A stretch of DNA of 64,000 nt from Blastocystis sp. Blastoise (taxonomy: Eukaryota; Protista; Bigyra: Opalinata). Both the position numbers and the translations under genes were made by a program. The notes beneath the pieces were generated by a model that was not told the DNA's origin, ran no database searches, and saw nothing but the letters and a program-made list of their open reading frames with translations. Below, in pieces: positions 56,817-64,000 of the stretch (positions are counted from its first letter, which is position 1; each line of letters starts with the position of its first letter). Location: positions 2,108,001 through 2,172,000 of the forward strand of contig JBBPEB010000015.1 of the NCBI GenBank assembly GCA_039096225.1, given 5' to 3'.

Positions 56817-59800
56817 ATGAATTATATGATATTATTATTCTTGTTGATATGTGTATGTATATCACAAGAGATATATGAAGATCAAATAGTTAGTGTGTAC
56901 GTTGCAATCTCTTCGGAGAATAAACCTTTTTATCATTTTGATACGAATATGACTGTACATGAAATAAAGAATAGTAATGAATTTGATATGAAAGTTGGAA
57001 AAGCTAAAATAAGCTATACACTTCAAAGATCGGTTGCTACACTCACAAAATATGAATTTATATCTGAAGATGATGCTCAATTGAGATCTAAATCTTTATT
57101 TGAAGATGATCCTGCTTCACCTGTCAATGGTTGCCCTTATTTTAATAGACAAATCAAAGTTGCTTTAATTCGTTGTCAAAGATGGGGTCAAGATAGTTGT
57201 ATCAATATGGTTACTGCTAACATGTATTTAAAAATGATTGATGCTTTCCTTCGTCTTCAAAGTGGTGGTCGTGTAAGTCTTAATTGGAAAGATACTTATA
57301 TTACATCAACATGTTGTGCTGTTTCTGATGAAACTTATCAAAGTGCTAGTCATGGTGATATGATGAATTCTGCTTTAGCTTCATGCAGAGAAGCTGATGG
57401 TGCAATAATTGATGCTAAATATAGTAGTCGTTTATTTGTGAGTGATGGTAATTTTGGTTGGGCTGGATTAGGTGTTGTTGGTAATGTTTGGTCTATTCGT
57501 GATGGCTATAATTATTGGGCTATTATGAGATATCCAAGTGATCCTGTAAATCAAGAACAGTATGATTATAAAGGTGGTGTTCTTATTCATGAATTTGGTC
57601 ATAATATGGGTTATAATCATGCAAGTTTTGTTGATAGTAATCCTACATATTTCTTACCTAGTTTTAATTGGCCAAATAATTATGGTGATGGTGCTAATAT
57701 TATGGGTACAGCTGGTAGTTGGTATACTATTCCTGGTCCTTATCATTATTATCGTTGTATGAGTGAGAAGAAAGTAGAACAACATTGGTTAGGAGTACCT
57801 GAACGAGGTACTACTAAATATAGAATGTTTATGTGGGATCATCCTTATTCAAGACATTTCTTAGGTACAGAAGCTCCTCGTTTAAATGATGATGAAATAA
57901 TTGATGGTATTCCTTATAAGAATAATATTATGATTATAGAGATTCCTTATACTCGTGAAGATATGTGTTCTACTGTAAATGCTGATTATAAATATAGTTC
58001 ATTTACTTTAGAATATAGACAACAAGGAGATCAGAAAGGATTTGGAAAGAAAGGTCTTCGTGCTTTAAATTATCGTTTTGAAGATGGTGGTTTACCTGGT
58101 GTATCTATTCTATTAGATACTCAAACAGATAATATAGATAATTGGTCTGATAGTAGTATTCCTTTTGGTATTTATTATATTCCTCCTGAAATTGATAATG
58201 GATTTTTAGCTATTCATATAACAAAATTTCATTTAAATACTTTAACATTTGCAATGGAACAAACAAATGATACAAGTGTTCATGCCTTATCTGAAGTACC
58301 TTATGTAGAATTTGATATTACATTAAATCCTGGTATTCCTTATGTATCTGTTCCTATACCTACTGGTGCTCCTGAATATAAATGGTCTTCAAATCTATAT
58401 GATTGTAAAGTAAAATTTGATTTATCAGGTTATGATTGTAAAATAATGGGTACTAAATTATTTTGGGCTTATATAGTTCCTCAAGGAAGTCGTGGTCATC
58501 CTCGTGTTTATTATATAAATAATGGATATGCATTTGCAAGTAGTTCAAGTTCTATATTATCATTAAATGGTAATGATTTAATGAATTGGTATCATGGTTT
58601 AGGAGATATAACAAAATTTAAAGTACGTGTTGATATAAGTTATTCTAATAGTCCTGATTATCGTGTAAATTATTGGTTATCAGGTACATTATATAAACGA
58701 GGTATTTCTGAATCTGATGATAAATATATAGAAGTAGGAAAAGGAAATATATTATTATTAGATAATATGCCATATGAAGGTGAAAGTACATCTATATATA
58801 TAATGGATTTATATGGTAATCGAATTGATATTCCTCAAGATAGTCGTTTAGTAACAATGCTTCCTGATTTATTATTAACAGGTGCAAGTGAATGTTATGT
58901 AACTGTAGAAAAAGATAATAAATATATAAGTAGTAAACCAATAATACTTCGTAATATGAAAAGTACAACAAGACTTGCTATTTATTATATGACTGATTCT
59001 ATAGTACAAATTGGTCCTGCATCTATACCTGAATCTTATTATACTGTACCTACTTCTTTTATTCGATATAAAGAAGTTCAAGCAAATGAATGGATTGTTA
59101 CTCCTGTATCAAGAATGGCTTTTGGTGATTGGTTTTATATTGATATACATGAATGTATACCTAAAGATACAACAATGTATTTAGATACAGATATAGGTAT
59201 AATAAGTGTTTATTTAGGTAGATTTGAAGGATTATGTAATATATCATTTCGTTATACTTATACATATCTTCATAATCTTGGTTCTCCTAATGGTATATTA
59301 AATGCAATTTCATTTAGTAATGCTATGGCTTTAGAAAATGTACGACCTGTTTATGTAAGTAGACAAGGTAATAATCTTCCAAATCAAAATGAATTAACAG
59401 ATCATTATAATATGGGAGATATACGATATAGAATTGTTGCTGAAAAAGTACCAAATACATTTTCATTTAGTAGTTTTGAAAAAGATTTTAATGGTGTTAC
59501 TTATAGTTTTGATTCTATAGATAAAACATATGATGTTAAATTAGGTGAAGTTTATCCTTTTAATTGGATGATTATTGTTTATATATGTATTGGTATATTA
59601 TGTATATTAGTTCTTGGATTAATTATATGGTTATTTAAATGTATTTGTAATAGATCTTCAAAATCAAGAAATAATAATAATTATTCAGTGTATGTTTTAT
59701 TTTTTATTTTATTATTATATATTTATTTTATTTTATTTTATATATTTATTTTTTTTTATTTTATTTTATTTTTATTTATAATATAATTTATAATATAATA

Positions 59801-60081
59801 ATAAATATATATATAGTCCTCCATCTGCTAATACTAATGGTCAATTAACTCGTGCTTCTTATACTCCTAATTCTACTATTTCTTCTTCTATTCCTCCTCC
59901 TCCTCCTCCTACATCTAGAAAACCATCTCAATATATGGCTCCTCCTCCACCTCCACCTACATATTCAAAACCTAATAGTTCATTTATGACTCGTAAAGCT
60001 CCTCCACCTCCTCCACCTTCTATGGCTCCTATGGCAGGAAAAAGAGCTCCTCCTCCACCTCCACCAGCTTTCAGAAGATAA
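56817..60081 (+). CDS. Type I membrane gametolysin/M11-like metalloprotease, copy B
   Basis: Same motifs as copy A. Intron 59690-59816, stop TAA 60079-60081. Confidence 0.88.
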
Positions 60082-60238
60082 AATATATATTTGTTTTATT
60101 TTTTTTTTTTAATTTATTTAAATCTATACTATATGATCTTTCTTGTACTATTAATTTATAGATTAGATTTATTTTTATATATATTTCAATATTTATTTAT
60201 TTTTTTTTTCTCTCTCTATTTTTATTTTTTCTCTCTCT

Positions 60239-60285
<47 letters not shown>

Positions 60286-60545
60286 TAATAGATAATATAG
60301 TTAATTTTAATTTTCTCTCTCTTCTTGATAATTTCATTTATTAATAAATTTATTAATAAATATAATATTTCTTCTAGTTGTTAGTAAGAATATATTTTAT
60401 TTTTTGTTGTTTTGTTTTTTATTATTAAATATATATATAATTAAATTAAAAATATGAATAATATAAATAAAAATAATAATAATGACTAATTATATAATAT
60501 TTAAAAAAAAAAGAATAATGTTTATTGAAAAGAAGATTATAAATA

Positions 60546-62267
60546 TTAAGTATGATTATTCTTTGGTGAAAGAATTACAGGCCAATTTGTTATATCCCAA
60601 GAATTTATTTGTCTTTCAATATCATACATTGAAGGTCGTTCTTTAGGATCTTGTTTCCAACATAATTGTATTAATTCTTGAACTTCTAAATTATTATAAG
60701 AATATATATTTTATATATATATTTATATACCTAAAGGAATTGATGAAGGTAAAAAAGGTCGTTTTGTACCACTAGCTATTTCAAAGAGAAACTATATAAT
60801 AATAATAATATATATTATTATTATAAATATACTCTTTCAGCAGGAATATCTTTAGGATAGGATTCTATCATATTAAGTCTTGTCATTACTTCAAATATTA
60901 CACAACCATAACTATATACATCTACTTTCTCATCATAATTACGAACACATCGTAAGATTTCAGGAGCCATTCTATTATATTATAAACTATTATATTATAT
61001 TATATTATAAACTATTATATTATATTATATTATATTATAAACTATTATAAACTATTATAAACTATTATATTATATATATTATTTACGTTGTTTTTGTTCC
61101 AACTAAAGAAAGACGTTCATCAGATAATTCACGTGCAAATCCAAAATCACCTATTTTTACTTCATATTCTTTATTTAATAATATATTATCAGCTTTAAGA
61201 TCTCTATGAATAATAGGATGTTCAAAAGAATGCATATGAGATAAACCATGAGCTACAGAATATAAAATCAACTTTTGTACTCTTGGAGTCATCTTATAAT
61301 TAATATCATCTAATAAAGATCGTAAATTATAAGGTAAATATTCTAATAATAAAGCAATTTGTCTATTCCAATTCGTTAAACCATAACATTTCACTATATT
61401 AGGATGACTCAATGTACACATAATTGTCACTTCACGATTAATACGAGTCAAAAACTGACGAATCTGCTCTTTCTGACTATTCTCAGATAAATTCTCTTCA
61501 TATATCTTATCTTTCAATACCTTTAAAGCTATCTTATCATTATTCCAATAACTATATTTATATTTATTATTTATTATTATTATTATATTTATTATATTTA
61601 TATTTATTATAGTTATTATTATATTTATTATTATAAATAATTATTATTATAAATAATTATTATATACGCTTTATAAACAATTGCAAAAGATCCTTCTCCT
61701 TTCTTTTTATCAATCTTAATATCAGAACAAGGTAAAATATTTATTGCTATATATATATATATAATACTATTTATTATATTTATATAACAAATAGTATTCA
61801 TCTCTATTCTATTATATACCTGCTGGTGTTCTATATATATTTATTATTATTATTATTAATATTATTATTAATTATATACGCTCTTAAAATAGGAAAATCT
61901 TTTGAAAAACATTGCTCAATATCTTCTATTATCTCAGAAAATAATATATCCTAATATTTATATTTATATATATATATATTTATATACAGATTTCCAATTC
62001 ATAAGTAAAGGTGTTTGTATCTCACCATTCTCTCTTATATATCGACAATTCTTCTTCAAAACTACATCTATTCATCATTTATATATATATTTATTTATTT
62101 ATTATCTTATATACTCTCATTATTCATTATCAATATCTTTGGAGGCTTCTCTGGATACTCAATAGATGATATCAATATAGTCACTTGAACCTGATACTGA
62201 CTATCATTATACGATGTACATATTCGACCTATCACATTGAAATAATATACTTTACTCTCATCACGAA
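60546..62267 (-). pseudogene. UEV-TKL kinase copy B; frame intact but lacking exons 1-3 of copy A (5'-truncated duplicate)
   Basis: Homology to copy A stops at about 62290 inside intron 3, and no counterpart of the MTDK/KEIQLL/MEDKL exons is visible upstream. The remaining exons are stop-free after splicing, so it may still be expressed. Confidence 0.65.
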
Positions 62268-62918
62268 CTATTCATATATATATATTAATTCAAAGAATTG
62301 AATTTTTTATGTTATAACTACAAATCCAGGCTACAATTCATAAAATAAATGAAAATAAAGTTCAGTACAATTTTTAAAATGAGATTTTTTTGTTGTTTTT
62401 CTGGATAACTTATGAAATTATAATAATATAATATAATAAAATACATATTTGCATTTTCTTCATTGCCCTATTTGTTAATATCACATACATATAACACTAC
62501 CATAAATAAGAGTAAGATCAAAACATATGCATGTTGTTTACATATAATGTAGAACCATTTTTAGAACATAACTGTCAATATTCTTTAGAAAATAATAATG
62601 ATAATGTTTTCAATCACATATGTTACAAACTAAAACTACTAAAGATGAACGACACTTTTACTATTTTTTCTAATCACTCCGTATTGTTTTCTTTCCATAT
62701 CCGTGTTTACTTTTCAATTATATATATTGAATACACATGATTAATTAAAAAAATTCTTTAAAAACACAACTAACTCCACGTTAAGTATAAAAATGAAAAT
62801 AAACTGATAGATTCTGCGATTCCCTTGGTTATATCTAGAACTTCTTAATAAAGCATGATATATCTGTTCATTCCCTCTTTGATTGTCTTTATTTATTTTG
62901 CGTTCTGTTGTGGATTTA

Positions 62919-63395
62919 ATGGATCGCGTGTCAGAGTTAAGAGATAGTCAAGATGGACATTCACCTATGTCAAATGATTATCATCAAAGAAGATTAAGCT
63001 CTGTTTCGGGTATCCTCATCCGAGACGATGACTATTCGTCTATTGAACTCGGAGACTTCCAAGAAGAACCACTTATTCCGTTGTATTCATTTATTTTCTT
63101 TTAATTTCTTATTATTTATACATTTCATTAAATAATATATTTCTTACTTTTCTTTAGAAGAGATCGTAATGGTGTAAAGAATTTAAGAACAAAATCCGAA
63201 AGAAAACTTAAGTTCAATGATGAACTTGGTTCCTCTTTGGAAGAGGTATATTTTAATATAGCTTCATTCTTGTTATAATATTTTGCTTTTATGCTTCGTA
63301 TATATATATTCTTTCAATTCTAGGTTCACTATGCAGATCATTTAGTATATACGATCCCAGAACCTCCCAAACCTAGTTGTTGCTCTATTTTGTAA
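62919..63395 (+). CDS. Small CaaX-terminated protein with an RVxF-like PP1-docking motif, 3 exons
   Basis: Spliced: MDRVSELRDSQ...EEPLIPL|RDRNGVKNLRTKSERKLKFNDELGSSLEE|VHYADHLVYTIPEPPKPSCCSIL*. Confidence 0.7.
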
Positions 63396-64000
63396 AATAA
63401 TGTGTTTCTATTATTGTTTGTTTGTAACTATTTTTATCTATTATCCTTATTTTATTATCTTTTTTGTATATATACGTATTATTTGTTGTTTTCATTATTT
63501 TCATTATTTTCTATTTATCTATATATTTTATTTATGTTTATTAGCATATTTTTTGTATTCTAACATTATATCTAATTTTCTTCTTGTATATACAAGTGAG
63601 TGTATATATTAGTATAATTTTTTTTTTCTCTTCTTCATTGGTTCCTCTTACCTATTGACATATTTTCCTTATTTTATATATATACTTCAAGATATTTTAG
63701 GATACATTTTTTTCTTTTATTCATTTTCGGTGTTTTTGTATTCTTTCATTTTCATTTTTTTTTAAGAATTTAATAATTCTTTTCATCTGAGTAAGTAGAT
63801 ATTCACTTTTTCATAAAATATAATTTGTTTTGTAATAATCCTCATCTATTTTTGTCATGTAAAGAGCTAAATAAAAATACAAATTTGTCTGATAGTGACT
63901 GAAATAGTCTTAAAAATATTTTTTTTCTAGATACACTAGTAGGCATTTTGTTTTTTAGTAAAAAAATCTATCTATTGGGTAACCAAAACCTTATCTAAAA

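Larger units (their letters stand above)
56803..62292. repeat. Right arm of the inverted segmental duplication
   Basis: Reverse complement of 33388-38724. Slightly longer because of extra introns. Confidence 0.95.

Overview
Very AT-rich (about 20% GC by eye), intron-dense eukaryotic DNA, probably from a protist. The gene set would fit an anaerobic gut stramenopile such as Blastocystis or Proteromonas, but that is inference. Most introns are short, begin GTATAT, end ATATAG and are filled with (TA)n/(TAT)n, so many ORF-track entries are repeat artefacts. Manually spliced genes, in order: Vps34 (partial), a HAD phosphatase, an intron-bearing rifampicin-phosphotransferase/PEP-synthase-like enzyme, an NFX1-type zinc finger, DED1/DDX3, DASH subunit Dad1 (absent from the ORF track), Dbf4, an intronless GNAT, CIA2/MIP18, a RING-like protein, ARFRP1, two related membrane proteins, SZT2, a peroxiredoxin-thioredoxin fusion, a Cys-rich membrane protein and a small CaaX protein. 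The main structure is a ~5.4 kb inverted duplication (about 33390-38720 and 56805-62290) of a UEV-TKL kinase plus a membrane gametolysin(M11)-like metalloprotease. The two kinase copies have almost identical exons but differ in the presence or absence of five introns. The two protease copies differ only in the catalytic N-terminal third. Other highlights are a U12-type AT-AC intron, a tandem splice acceptor that could switch between Prx and Prx-Trx, and a strongly over-represented CCCGCGGG palindrome.
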